Both the position numbers and the translations under genes were made by a program. This document shows, piece after piece, positions 1-12,462 of a stretch of 64,000 bases of DNA. Origin of the DNA: Haplodiscus bocki (Eukaryota); contig OZ296651.1 in NCBI GenBank assembly GCA_965655095.1, positions 50,840,001 to 50,904,000 of the forward strand, written 5' to 3'. The notes beneath the pieces are model-generated. The model had not been told where the DNA came from, did no database searches, and saw only the letters and a program-made list of their open reading frames with translations. How positions within the stretch are numbered: position 1 is the stretch's first letter; every line of letters starts with the position of its first letter.

Positions 1-271
1 ATATAGGAGTATTTTAGAAAGAGTCTTTTATTGTTTGACCATTTCTATATTTGAGAGGAACTGTCCACCTGAATTTTGAGAAATTATCAATGACAACTAG
101 AACATATCTGTATCCTCTATTATTTCCAGGACCGTAATCTTCTAAATCTAATTTGTCTCAGAACCAAGTGTCATCAATATGATAAACATCAGTTTTGTTT
201 GTGCTATACATCTTTTTCGGCGGTTTGGAATAAATTTCATCTGGAAAGATTTTAATTTTTTTCTGAGTCAT
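1..271 (-). pseudogene. Polinton/Maverick-type retroviral-like (rve/DDE) integrase, N-terminal part with in-frame stops; runs off the window start
   Basis: Manual translation from ATG at 271: MTQKKIKIFPDEIYSKPPKKMYSTNKTDVYHIDDTWF*DKLDLEDYGPGNNRGYRYVLVVIDNFSKFRWTVPLKYRNGQTIKDSF*. The W-x-x-D...Y-x-L-V-V-I-D-x-F-S-K-F-x-W-x-V-P-L-K pattern is typical of rve integrases. It lies next to a family-B DNA polymerase. Confidence 0.85.
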
Positions 272-494
272 TTTTTGTGATTTTTTCTTCCAGTGCTTTT
301 AATCTATTATCCAAGTCTTCAAAACGTGCATATTTGTCTCCACGTTTTTGTAATATCCTGTATTTATTATCATAGTATCGTTTTAAAACTCTTTTAATGT
401 TACACTCGTTACATTCTATATATTTATTATAAAAATTATCAACACTTTTTTCAGTGTGACAAACAACACAAGTTTCAACAACATTATTATCCAT
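252..494 (-). CDS. Small CxxC...CxxC zinc-binding/coiled-coil protein of the Polinton-like element
   Basis: Intact 80-aa ORF with CVVC...CNEC and a C-terminal coiled coil (LDNRLKALEEKI). Its 3' end overlaps the integrase ATG, a compact viral-style layout. Confidence 0.5.
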   Translation of the reverse strand: MDNNVVETCVVCHTEKSVDNFYNKYIECNECNIKRVLKRYYDNKYRILQKRGDKYARFEDLDNRLKALEEKITKNDSEKN

Positions 495-549
495 TTATTT
501 AATACATTTTTATTCAAATCTTTTTTCCAATTCGATAAATTATTTCCCA

Positions 550-3500
550 ATGAATGAGCAGGAAGAAGTTTTCATCGAATTATTTACAACGAAGAGATGA
601 AAAGAGATAGCTAAGACGAATAATGTATTAGAAGATAGATAAAACACCGTTAAGGATAAAATCAATATTATTACGAAAAGAATCCATCGAAAAAAAACCA
701 GAGCTTAAACGAGGTAAACTACATTCAACCAGAAAGAAGAAATTTGAAATAAAAATAATAGATCTCAATAATATTTTACAAGTATTAATAGACACCAAAA
801 ACGAATTGCGAGTAAGACTCAAAAACGAAAAAAAATCAATGCACCTAAAACAAAACATTCGAGGTATTATAAAACATGGTCAAACAATCCCTTTCAACTT
901 TTACAACACCCTTAAAGATGAAGAGATTGATTTAGGTAAAATTTTTAATAGAGTTGGAAGCAAGATAACCTTATACGAAAACGAGCCGATATACAATGTT
1001 ATAACCGATGCTGGTAAAGATAAATAACCGTTCACATTAAAAGGTCATACTACAATCAACGATGTTGAACCTGTAGAAATCAATAGATTCTACAAAGATA
1101 TCGATCAACTACAAAGTCAATTGAAAAGATGGTTGATAAATACGATGAAACCTTAGAAGTTCTATTTTGATGAGAAATGAATACATACACTCTAGTTTTC
1201 AATGAAGTAAAATGCTCTGATTATGGTATAGGTTGTGATATTCAACAAAAGATAATAGAATATAGAAGCGATCTTGTTTACATCCCCAAAGCTAACGAAT
1301 GTTTTACGATTGTATAGAATTCATATACCAAAAAGACTTCTCTCAAGAATATCATGAATTTTTGAAACAATCAGATAGATGTAAAAACATAATGACAAAA
1401 GCTAAAACTCAACCATTTTGCAAAAAATATTTATTGAACCTAGGTGTTTACAACGCAAAACAAAAATCGATTCTACCTAGATGGGTAACAGAAAGAAAAG
1501 TTTGTTTTTATATCTACAATAATCATCTTTGTGTTCTCCGTAAAATCAATCAATCAACTTACCCTGATCCTATGGAAGAACTTGAAGAAAATTTTATACA
1601 AGAATCCAACGAAACTTCTGATGTTATTTCAAAAAAAGTTATCGAGTGCAAATTCCCGATATCATATGAGAAAAATTGCATGTTTGCTGTATTCGCTTTC
1701 GATCTTGAAACATGTAATGTAGAAAATCAACTATATTGTGAAGCATATGCAGCTGGTGTTTATCATCCTAATCGATTCTATGAATGTTTCAATGGTGATT
1801 CAACGGAAAAAGATTTGGAAATTGAACGAAAAAATGTTGATGTATTTGATCGCGAAAACAATAATCCAGTGCTAGATATGATTGATTTTGTTAAAAACAA
1901 CTATAACGGAAAACCAAAAATCGTCACAAATAAATACGGTAAAAATTAGTGTCTTCATATAACTATCAAATGGTTGGTCATAACGCTAGTGGTTTTGATA
2001 AATTACATTGTTTTGAATTCGCTACCTAAATCAAATACGAGTATAAAAACTATAAACACATCGAGAAGGTTGAAAAAATTGAGTTTTAAAGCTGGTTCTG
2101 TTTACGAAGACGATAGAGAAGTACCAAAGTACACGAAATTTGTTTGTTTAAAATGTCATATCTCAGGCTCGTTAAAAGATATTCAAAAAGAATACAACAT
2201 ACAACCACAACTATTGAAAGGCGAAACCGCACGTGATTCGATTACGTTGTCGAATTATAAAAAACTTGAAAATCAATGGAAACCATATTTGATTGATGGT
2301 GTTTTAGGGTTAGCTTATGTTATATCAAAACACTGAAACGCTATTCAAAAAATAACCGGTGTTTCATACAAAAACTGATTGACAGAGTCTTCACTGTCTT
2401 GGAGTTGTTTAGGTAGATACTTAAAAGATTCAAATGAAACATTCTATACACCTAAAAACAAATATGGAAGAGATTTTATACAAAAAACAGGACACAGTGG
2501 AAGAGTAACTTGTTTAAACCGTAAATTCGTATCATCTTCTTTTAAAAAAAGAGTCGAAATACTTGGAAGCTATTATGGTTTTTATTTAGAAAGATCCGTT
2601 CTATTCGAAAAATAATTTGAATACACTAGAAAAAAGTTTAAAAAATTATAAAGACAAGGTTGGATCCCGATTTAACGATTATAGACAAAAAAAAGACTCT
2701 TCTGCAAGATATAACAATAAAAAACTAGCTAACCTTCCTATTTCAAAAGAATTGCAACAAATCGATAAATCAGACCTATTAGTATCAAGTGATTATAATA
2801 GTTTATACCCCTCTGCAATGGCTCATAGAGATTCAAAATGGCCTAAAAAAGAAACAATAACGATTACAAAAGAAGATAGTACTCGTTTATGAAGTGTATT
2901 CAATACTGGCGAATGGAAATCTTAAATAAATCAGGGTTCTTTAAAGTGAAATATTACAACCCTGAAGACACTATTTTCCAACATATGAGTGTTAAAAAAA
3001 CTTTTCAACAATAATAAAATTAGATGGGAAGAAGTATATTGTTTTCGCAATGGTTATATGACCCAACACCTAACATCGGTTGATATAGAAGAAATAGTTA
3101 GAGTTGGTGGTGTTATAGTAGAAATTTTTGAAGGCTTTAGTTGTGATAATCTAGATTTCAACCTGTTTGAAGAATTCGAAGAATTCGTTATTGATATGAC
3201 AGCCAAAAGAAATAAATTCAAAAAAGAGAAAAAAGAATTACAAACTTTAACAAAGAAACAAACACTGTTTATGGTAATACTATACGTAGTGATATCGAAG
3301 ACGGTTATAAATGTGTATCAACTCATTGGATGAAAACAGAAAGCGATGATAGAGTGAAAGGAGAGTTCCCACTAAAAAACGGTAGAATAATGGCAAAATT
3401 ATCCGATTTTGACGGTGTCGGCGATAATGGCTATAGTAAAAAAGTAAATAGTCAACCACGCCACCTAGGTTCTTTTATATTATGGCACTCGAAACGGTTG

Positions 3501-4236
3501 ATGAACGATGCTAAATTAGCCTCAGACGGGTTTAAAAAACGTAAAATGTACTATTCCGATACCGACTCGATGTATATTCACAAAAACGATTACGATATCC
3601 TAAAAGAACAAGGATTAATAGGAATACATCTAATTCGATCACGAACGATTATGGGGACGCTGGTATTATATATGGTTTTTTCTTGGCACCTAAAATTAAG
3701 TAATGTTTAATTATCGCTGACAATGGTTTGATTGGCCAAAGGATAACTTTTAAACGATGTGATCTGGAAATTTCAAGGTGGGATTTAGAGATTTTGTTGA
3801 TTATAAAAAAGGTGTGGTTGCTCGTATTATCTCTCAGCTAAATTGGAAACGCGATTTGCTTTGTAAGTAAGTACCACATCGTCGTATTGATAGTGAAAGC
3901 TGTCAGGAGGATAAAACATGTCAATCTTGTGTTAGCGATCCTAGATTAAATTGTTTTGATTGTGAGTTAGCTAAATCATGTGATAAATGTCATAAAAGAA
4001 TATCGCAGATTGAATTATATTCTACAGATTAGAGCAAACTGAAAAGACAAACACCGAATGAAAATGGTTATATGTTACCTCACTATGTTGGAGAAGATAT
4101 TCCAGAAGAAGAACAGAGAGATCAAATTCACGTTAGTCATGGTAAATGTAATAAATGCTTTGTTGAAATGAATCACGATAATTATATTAAAAATAGAAAA
4201 ATATGTAGAGGTTGATATAATCGAAACAGAAAATAA
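550..4236 (+). pseudogene. Family-B DNA polymerase (probably protein-primed, Polinton/adintovirus-like), many frameshifts and stops
   Basis: Motifs occur in order across ORF fragments: ExoI FAFDLETC (~1695), ExoII VGHNASGFD (~1972), ExoIII-like YLIDGVLGL (~2286), motif A SSDYNSLYPSAM (~2785), motif B TNTVYGN (shifted frame, ~3260), motif C YYSDTDSMY (~3550). A Cys-rich tail follows. Confidence 0.9.
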
Positions 4237-4243
4237 TTTCGTG

Positions 4244-4400
4244 TTTGAATACTTTCACTATCGAGCTATCATATTTGTCTTTGAAAACTTCCACTATCAT
4301 GTTAATGAGTTTGAATACTTTCGCTTTCAAGTTATCATACTGGTCTTTGAAAAAATTAACTTTTATGTTGTCATATTTGCCTCTAAATACTTTAAATATT
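4244..4400. repeat. About 4 degenerate copies of a ~30-36-bp unit (ttgaatactttcactatc...tcatatttgtc)
   Basis: The units recur immediately after the PolB stop; probably subterminal repeats of the element. Confidence 0.55.
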
Positions 4401-4431
4401 ATGTGTGGTTGGGCAGGTGATTGCTCACTTA

Positions 4432-4780
4432 TGGTAATAGTTTCAAAAATAACACCATTGAATCACCCTCCTTTGTCATGATATATGACACTCAACCAAT
4501 ATTTGGAAGTTTTCATTGACATACCAAGTTTCAGGGTTAATTTCAGGTTTTAGATGGTAATAAGTTCAGTCAATGTTTCAGAAAACATAACCATTGAAAA
4601 CCCCTTTTCAACACCTTTTGAATGATATAACACTTCACTAATATAAAAAACTTTTCATTGACAAATACCATGTTTGAGGTTAGGTTCAGCTTTTTGATAG
4701 TAATTGTTTCAGTCAACGTTTTCGAAAGTATTACCATTCAACAGCATTTTTCAAGACCCTTTTAACGATATATTAGACTT
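4432..4780. repeat. About 2.5 degenerate copies of a ~125-140-bp unit
   Basis: Recurring blocks ggtaat...accattgaa...tgatata...ttttcattgaca..tacca.gttt..gggtt at ~4432, ~4557 and ~4698. Confidence 0.55.
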
Positions 4781-6259
4781 TTCTCTAGCTCAAAAATTCG
4801 TTCACTTCGTAATTCTCACATGTTTAAGTCACCGTGGGAAAGTATGAAAGGAAAATGAAAAAGTTTCCACTTAAGTGGTTTTTAAAGAAATTTTAACCCT
4901 TTGATCTTTTTCAAAACTACTTTTGTCCAAAACTATGATAGATATGAAACTCAAATTTTCAAAGTAGACTAATTAGACTATGAGGTTTTGATTTTAATTG
5001 AGACCGACAACCTCTGATTATACCATGCTAAGTTGGCAAGTCTTGTTTTTGCCATGATAAGATGATAAGTTCAATTTTTTCAACTTTTTTCTCGAGACAA
5101 AATTTTTAATTGAATTAAGTTTACGTTTGTTTTTAATTGAAGTCAATCGGATAAGTATTCGTGGACATATCCTTGAAAAACTATGTGCTAGTCATCATGC
5201 CAGTGAAGCTGACAGTACACATATTTCTGAGAAATCATGTTTTCCGTTAAGACAAAAAATCCACTGGCCAATTTTCATGTCTAGCTTTTAAGCTGTTTTC
5301 GAGTGAGCATTCCTGGTGGATTTCCCCATCGATCAATTCTACTTTTTCAAGCTTCGTGATATAGACAGTTCCTCCCATAGCTTCATGGCAATGTACGACA
5401 AACGACTGGGGATACGTATGAAGTAGTGAACCCCAAACACTACGGCAAGCCTCAACTTTATCGATGTCATTCTACAAATACCAATCTGCTATAGGAGGCG
5501 AAAAAGAAAGAGAAAAAAAAACTTTTTTTGTATACATGGTTCATACACATTGCTGGTGTGTGGCAGTGGTGATTTTTTTCAGTCGCGCTTAAACGTAAAA
5601 AATACAAGGGCAACATTTTCCTCTCAATTCTATGTTCACATAAATGTGGATTATTTATACACGCTTTCACGCATCCAACTATGGTTTTTATGTGGTGGAG
5701 GAGAACAGGTATGTTGAATATTTATTTATAATTCCTGTGGTACGATGATATGGGATTAGGATAGATGCTTGTTGACGTTGAACAGATTCTTGCGTACTAT
5801 CCGCAGGTGTGTTTATTATTTACGTGCAGAGGGGATAACAGTTATTTTTTTGTCTAAACTTGTCTCACAGTGCCGAAAAACATCGTAGGGGGTACCTTTT
5901 GGTGTTTTGTAAAATTTAGCCCTCCCCAGGAATACGGAGAAGGGATTCGAGAAAATTTCTGAGATGTTCCGAAAAGTAAGTCGATTCAAAGGGAGCTCAG
6001 GCGCCTTTACGAGACAAAAGTCACTGTACCTGTTGCGAACTTTTTCGTAAAAATCGCAAGTAAAATCACATGCTGGAGTCATAACTGGAAGTACATTTTT
6101 ACAGCTAACTTCGTGTGACAATATTATGCTTTCAGTACTGGCAAAATTTAATGTTTTGAAGTAGCCTAAAAACTCAATTATCATCATGGCATGAATCATA
6201 ATTTCATGTAGCAGAAAAGTGGCACTTCTCTTATAAAGAGGCAAAAAATGTATTCGCAC

Positions 6260-6497
6260 GATTTGCGTTTGCAGAGCAGCTTCAATACTCTCTGAAGACT
6301 TGGACATGGCACTCTCCATGCTTCCCACCCCAGCTGAATTCGGCGCGAACGATCCTGATTGGTTGTTAGCGTCCAACCACTGGTCAATTTCTTTCAACTT
6401 ATCCAGGGACGTTGCATATTGCACTCCAGTTTCTTCCAAAGATAGTCTCAGCATCTCTGTCAAGGTCAACAGCGAACCCCAGTAGTTTTCTAGGGAC
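6260..6497 (-). CDS. Exon of spectrin-repeat gene (phase 2 to 0): SLENYWGSLL...LKEIDQWLD...LQTQI
   Basis: tttcag acceptor and gtgcga donor; 238 bp; phase matches the exon ending at 7314; spectrin-type W positions. Confidence 0.75.
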
Positions 6498-7313
6498 CTG
6501 AAATTGTACAGGGGTTGGGAGCATGAAGAGAGAGAAAAGTCAACATACTTGATCGAGCCAAACTTGTAAAATTCATAACAGAACATTCGAGGTCGTTCTA
6601 TACAGTGATGGAAAACTAGCGTGAAATTTTGATATCTGCCGTCAGAAACAAAAATCTATTAAAAACTCAAAAATGTAGTTTGTGTTAGAAATCATAATCT
6701 CACAAAAAGTAGAGGGGAAAGTTAACCCGAACTTCAAATTTGATTAACTTTAAACTGAAAACTTACCATAAGAATCAAAGTTATGTTCGAAGCAACAGTA
6801 AATGGCAGAATGCCAATTTTAGCATTTTTTTAGGTTTCAGAAAGTTTGGTTGAAATATTGCATGAAAGGTTATTGTTTAGCACAAGCATGTTCTTTCTGC
6901 AATTGCGACCTCTTACTGCTCATCCTGAAACTAAGGAGTGCCTGAACATTTTAATTTTTAATGCTGATTCAGTGAACAGTTCGTCGTGTCAGAGTAAAAA
7001 AAATTAAGTCACTGTAAGAGTCGGGCACTTTTTTAGTGAAAGCGCCGAGTAAAAATATCCACCAAACAAACGAAAATAACTGAAGGCATCGCATCTTCAT
7101 AGAATATATCGCTAAATAAGTAAAAAACTTTAATTTTCAATTTTCAGCCAGAAAAAAAAATGAGCGAATAAAAGAATTCAATGAAAGATAAATACATGAT
7201 TTGATACATTTTTGTTTGAATGACGATTCCTAAACAAGGATGCGTATTTGAGTTGATTTTGAGTTTCCCGACAAACTTTGATAAGCATACAAATAGCTGT
7301 GATTACAACCAAC

Positions 7314-7583
7314 CTTGCCATGTTTTCCACCGGGGGTTTATCTTCATTCCTCAAAAATGGGTCAACTTTATCACAAATTTGACGAAAGGTCTCTATATTT
7401 TTTTCGGACTTCTCAGTAATGTCTCGTTCCAGTGTTTTGGCTTTTTCCATTTTCAAACTCAGGGGTATCGAAGTGTCACTTTCCAGAATAGAGGCCTTCT
7501 TCATTAGCCTTTCTATCATGTCGTTCATTTGCTCATAAGATTGATGTATCGCATGGATTTGGCTAATCCGTTGTTCTGTTGTC
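7314..7583 (-). CDS. Exon of spectrin-repeat gene (phase 2 to 2): TTEQRISQIHAIHQSYEQ...PVENMA
   Basis: tgtttcag acceptor and AG|gttggt donor; 270 bp open; helical heptad character. Confidence 0.8.
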
Positions 7584-8183
7584 CTGAAACACCCATATCC
7601 GGGTTCGAGCCTCACCTGCGACTTTCACTTTTGAATAAAAGAAGGAGTTGTTTGATAATTCATGATTTGCTTGTCTTGATCTAAAAACTGGGTCAGTTTT
7701 AGAGGTAATTTTTGAAAAGATCATGAAAATCATTGGTTAAGGTGAAATATTTCATTCAAAGATGTTTCATTTTTGAGGACATTTTCAAATAACTAGCGCC
7801 ATTTCTGACGCAACAAATATTTCGATATATAAATGGCTATTTAAACTGGTTTTATGATTTTCCATCTAATTTGTATTCAAAATGCAACTGAAAAATTTCG
7901 AGATTTTTGCTGGAAATTGGTCAACGATATTTTTTTAGTTTCAACACTTCAGGATATTATCAGTCGACTTTTCCTTCAATTTCGATACCGAAAGTTGGAT
8001 TCTTTTAGGGGCGAAGTAATGTTGAAAGAATTAAAGTCTAAAAAACCCACCAGGGATAACGTTTGAAGGAATAACATCAAAAACTCAATGTATGAGACAC
8101 GAAAATGACTTCGTTTTTAAATGTTATTCTCGAAATGAAATTAGACATTATTCTTTCAATGTTATTCTTGGTCGCCAAATTAC

Positions 8184-8407
8184 TTTTGTAAATTATGAGC
8201 CTCGCTTTTGAGGAATTCGCCGTCCTCTTTCATGCCCTCGAAGTCTCCATCTGAGACAGTGACAGTGACCACGAACCCAACCAAGTTGTTCGCACTCTGA
8301 GGAGACGAGATGGCAGTGACGTCACAGCCGGTTTTGACCAAAGTGCAAAACTTTTCTGGTAGTTGATTCACTTGTTGCTGAATCTCACCAATCGAAGACT
8401 GAACAGT
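8184..8407 (-). CDS. Exon of spectrin-repeat gene (phase 0 to 2): TVQSSIGEIQQQVNQLPE...EAHNLQ
   Basis: tttttag acceptor and AA|gtaatt donor; 224 bp open; phases fit both neighbours. Confidence 0.75.
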
Positions 8408-8630
8408 CTAAAAAGAAGGAAGTTTAAAAATTCACTCTAAACACATAAAACAGTTGAGAAAAAATTGACACCTTTAGCTGAAAAACATATTCGTTTAAAA
8501 GCATAGTCTCTTAGAATCTGGGAGAAAGTGTTCCAAGAAGGAGATTTTGAGCAGTGAATTGAACACGATACACGAAATACGTAACGATTACACTAAAAAA
8601 CGAAATATGGGTACGAAATACGACGTATCG

Positions 8631-10689
8631 CGTCACAGAGAATGCTCAAACCTTAGAAAAAGCGCTAATTAATAATTCAAAATCAACGTAAGATAGAAAC
8701 TAATCTCGACAACTTTCGACGATAAATGAAAGGCTCGAGAATTAAGATTTCTCAGATAAATACCCAAGGTGATTAGTGCAGTTTGTATATTTACTATTTA
8801 AACTTGACTTGCGAATCTGATAAGATAATACAGGAAATGGAATTGACTTACCCAACTAGCTGCCCGAAGTTTTGACGATAACAATGAGTCCCAATAAATA
8901 GGAGCCCTCGAGAAAGCTGACAAGTAAAGAAAAGGCGAAGGCACGAAAGATACAAATTGTTTACAGATTATATATGACCGCCGCTACGGCGGCAGAATAA
9001 AGAATGATGGGCAGCTCGATTTATCAATTGAAATTGCACAACTTCAACATTTAATTTTACAGAGACAAAACTTCTAATTCGGCCAACCTAGCAGGATTTA
9101 TCTATTGGCTATATGGCCGACATGCTTGATCAAGTGACCAAATGTGGTATAAATACCGAGCACTCAGCCACAAATTTCAGTAGCTCGATCCCGCTCACTT
9201 GCCTAATTACTCGAAGCGAAACTCTTTTACTCTTAAATTCGAACTTCTCAGCTTTTCTCTTCCTACTTTACCGATTCCTGTCTTCCGTTGGAGCGAGCGA
9301 AATTATTCTAAGACTTTTTCAAAATATGTCTTTGTCAGAATTCACTTGCATCTTATCGAAACTAATCAAAGTAAAAAAACTATTCCTAGTTAAGGCTTAA
9401 ATACGCAGAAACCGTCTTGCATTTAATTCCAAACTCATTCTCAAAGCTATTCCCCACTGACCAATCAGCCAATCCAGGACTATCCGACGGAGCTCCAACC
9501 TGCTTTCAACCTACAAGTATCTTCACCCAACTTCGGTGTTCGTAAGTTGTAACATTGCTCTGATCTAAAAGAGTTAATTTCACCGGTCATTCTCTCCTAA
9601 GTAATCCCGTCCGATAAATCGCGAAGTAACTGCCGCGTCCGAGTTGAGAAGGGACTATGAGAAAATCACCGGGTTGCCGCTTACAGTGAGATCTGCCTGA
9701 GTCTTAGATAAAACGTAAAATCCCATTCCAAAATTCCATGATTCAGATCGTGGTTCGTAACGCAAAGGGATCTATAAGAAGAGACTAAGTCGACTGCTTC
9801 TTTGGCTCGTTACCTAAGTCTTAGCTAAACTATGATAAACGGTGAAAGACAGCAGAACCAGAAAAGTAGAAGGCAAAAAGGCAATGCCAGAGCTAGAAAC
9901 AACGAATGTAACCATTCCACCTAGCCAAAAGCCGGATAAAACATTATTTCAACCTAGTTGTTAATCCAATAACTATTTCTTTTTCTTTTGGGAAGATTGT
10001 AAATAAAAATTGACCATAACTGTGCATCCACTTACTTATCGAAGTTAACATTTAGATGAACTTAAACTTTATGATCTTTAGTTTAATTGAAAGCTGCGAT
10101 GTTTTGAACTTCGAACTTTTGATATAATTTCTTTCCTCGAATAATCTGGATATTGTAAATTTGGATACTTTCACATATTCTGTGACATTCTGATGATTCC
10201 TTTGCTGGATATCGTCGTGAGGGGAATAATTTACAGTGGATGTTTTTCTTCTGATTCTGGAAACGAAATCTACAGATAATAATACTTTACAGTTACTATA
10301 ATGCAGATTTGATTTATAATTGTTGTGCGACATTTAAGAGTTCAGAAGTTGCCGTGTAGTAAAATTTGGATTGCTCCATTTTTGCCCCTTAATAATTTCA
10401 CCCGTCCCAATTTCATTCTTATCTTGTGCACATTTACATTCTAAGATTGGCTGCCATTTCCGTAATTTCATGAAATATTTCATCTCTTATTTCGTAGCTC
10501 TTCTTTGCTCACCAAGTCCTTGCTAGTAGAACTTACGCAACTTTGTCCGCGCGGATTAGCAAGGCAAATTTGAATAGCTAATAATAGGGTAAGCTTTTGA
10601 GACTCTCCTGCACGATAACGCAAACATATGGCCACACACGCCGCGCAGCAAAATTAGCTAAAGCGAACAATAGTAAATATACTTGATAA
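8631..10689 (+). mobile_element. Solo-LTR-like interspersed repeat, copy 1
   Basis: Colinear similarity to 15483-18584 from (c/t)gt(c/a)acagagaa.gctcaaac to aatagtaa..atacttgataa. ATTGG box, TATAAATA at 9148-9155 and a later AATAAA. Termini are eroded and no TSD was seen. Confidence 0.6.
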
Positions 10690-11494
10690 GTAGTTTCAAC
10701 TACAAACCCCTGCCCGCGCGACGGACGTATAGCAAAAGAAAAGTGATAAGATTTATACGATTTTCATTGCGAACGCATTCTATTATAGGTCGTAGAGGTG
10801 AAATCCTGAGGTGTTTTTGCGATCAGTCGAATGAATTCCTGTTGAAAAAAAAAGATTTCTGCGACGCATCTATTTAGCTGGAAAAAAACAATATTTTCCG
10901 CCCTTATTTAAATAGGGAAAGAAAATCATCACCCACTAAAATCGTGTGTTTTTTTGCGTTTACTTGCGACATTTTACGTTTATATAGCGACGGAATACAT
11001 GCCGGAGCTAGTCAGGTGCCTAGTTCTGAGAAAAAAATACTGCAAATTTTTGAGGCAGGTTAGGCGAGTATATATACGATTCAAAAACAGGACATGCATA
11101 CAAAAGGTATGCCATAAAATATAGGATTATACGATATACGAAATTCAAATTACAGTCAATTCACAAATCGTGAGTCTCGTCCAGACACCTGTTCCAATTT
11201 CAAATACACAAAAAAGAAAACGTAATTAACCTTAAATTGGCCGTTGTGCTATCTGGCACATTATTTTTTCAATTTTGATCTGGTATTTGCGGACTGAAAA
11301 AAAACACACACAGGAGCTCCATGAACTACAATACTGCAAGCTGACAAGTTTTCGGCCACTGCAAATTTAAATTAGTATTCCTGTTACAACTGGCTTGATA
11401 TACCTTTCAAATTAGCTATAAATCGTTTCTGCATTCGCTATAATCTTTCCGAAATTTGAGTTTGAATTTTGAATTTTTTCTCTTTTTTGCAAAC

Positions 11495-11735
11495 GGACCA
11501 AGTGAACAACCCCCCCCCCCATCCGCCGCTAAGGGGGAGATTGTTCACTTGGTTGCTTTAAGCAATCGATGCTAGAGAAATCATTATTCGTATCAGAAGA
11601 ATTGAACTTAGAGTATCACTTGTTACTATTGACACCAGGTAATCATCTCAGAGAGTACCGAGGACATTCATACAGACGATTTAGTGGTGCTTAAGTTACT
11701 GGTTTCAATACTGGGCGAGATTGTTCACTTGGTCC
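11495..11735. mobile_element. 241-bp MITE with 15-bp TIRs and an 8-bp TSD (Merlin-like termini)
   Basis: Left end GGACCAAGTGAACAA and right end TTGTTCACTTGGTCC, flanked on both sides by TTGCAAAC (11487-11494 and 11736-11743). An extra internal TIR copy sits at ~11540. Confidence 0.8.
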
Positions 11736-11887
11736 TTGCAAACAAAATGGTCGACTTAGGGTTAGGTGTGATATGAATCTTTCGTTGTAGCGGAACTTTG
11801 GTGGAAAGTTAGAAGTTATTTCCAAACAGTTAGAAGCCATAGATGACGTCATTGGTCAAAAAATGTGAGAGGTGATGATTTAACAAC

Positions 11888-12038
11888 CTTTATGTTATTC
11901 AGAGCTAGTTGTGCCGATTTCACATTCAGAGGTAACGCTGTGTTGCTTATCTCCATAATTTTGTCTTTTACTGCCAACATTTCTCGGTCCAGGTTCTCCT
12001 TCAAACCCTCGTATTGGATCCATTCATTGTACTGGCTT
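11888..12038 (-). CDS. Exon of spectrin-repeat gene (phase 2 to 0): SQYNEWIQYEGLKENLDREM...LNNIK
   Basis: tttttgtag acceptor and AAG|gttgtt donor; 151 bp open; not in the ORF track; phases fit. Confidence 0.78.
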
Positions 12039-12322
12039 CTACAAAAATGAAAATGTTTAAAAAAAATATTAGCCTAGCCACTAAGTCCAAAATGTTTGTT
12101 CACCCCTTGTTGTGATTGTAAGACTCAAAAATCAAAGAAAAATCGAATAAGTGAAACGAACAGCATCCTGAGTCTTAGGCTATTGAAAAAACGTTGAATG
12201 GTTTCCCAGATTGGCAAAATTTCATCGTGCGATTCAAATGCTAGATTCATTTCACCTAATTTGAGTGAAACGAAGTAGTAATTGTCCAAATACGAGCATT
12301 TCAAGTAAACTCATCATCCAAC

Positions 12323-12462
12323 CTTGCATGATGGATAGAAGCCGTCAATTCATTCTGCAGGGCATCTAATTTTGCAGATACTTGGCCTGTTTTCTTGGAA
12401 GACGAACTGTTTGGAAGATTGGCAATATCTTTTCTTTTTTTCTGCAATTTGCTCAACATCTC
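12323..12462 (-). CDS. Exon of spectrin-repeat gene (phase 0 to 2): EMLSKLQKKRKDIANL...SIHHA
   Basis: tttttcag acceptor and AG|gttgga donor; 140 bp; AG+A gives Arg on joining the exon at 12038. Confidence 0.78.

Larger units (their letters stand above)
1..4790. mobile_element. Degenerate Polinton/Maverick-like element, one end; boundary approximate
   Basis: Integrase and PolB are divergently oriented and intronless. Subterminal tandem repeats follow and end near ...cttttctct (4786). Confidence 0.75.

Noticed and set aside
5816-6586. 256-aa ORF as a standalone gene
   Set aside because: Only 6260-6497 has splice sites and spectrin character. The rest is intronic read-through that includes a minisatellite monomer.
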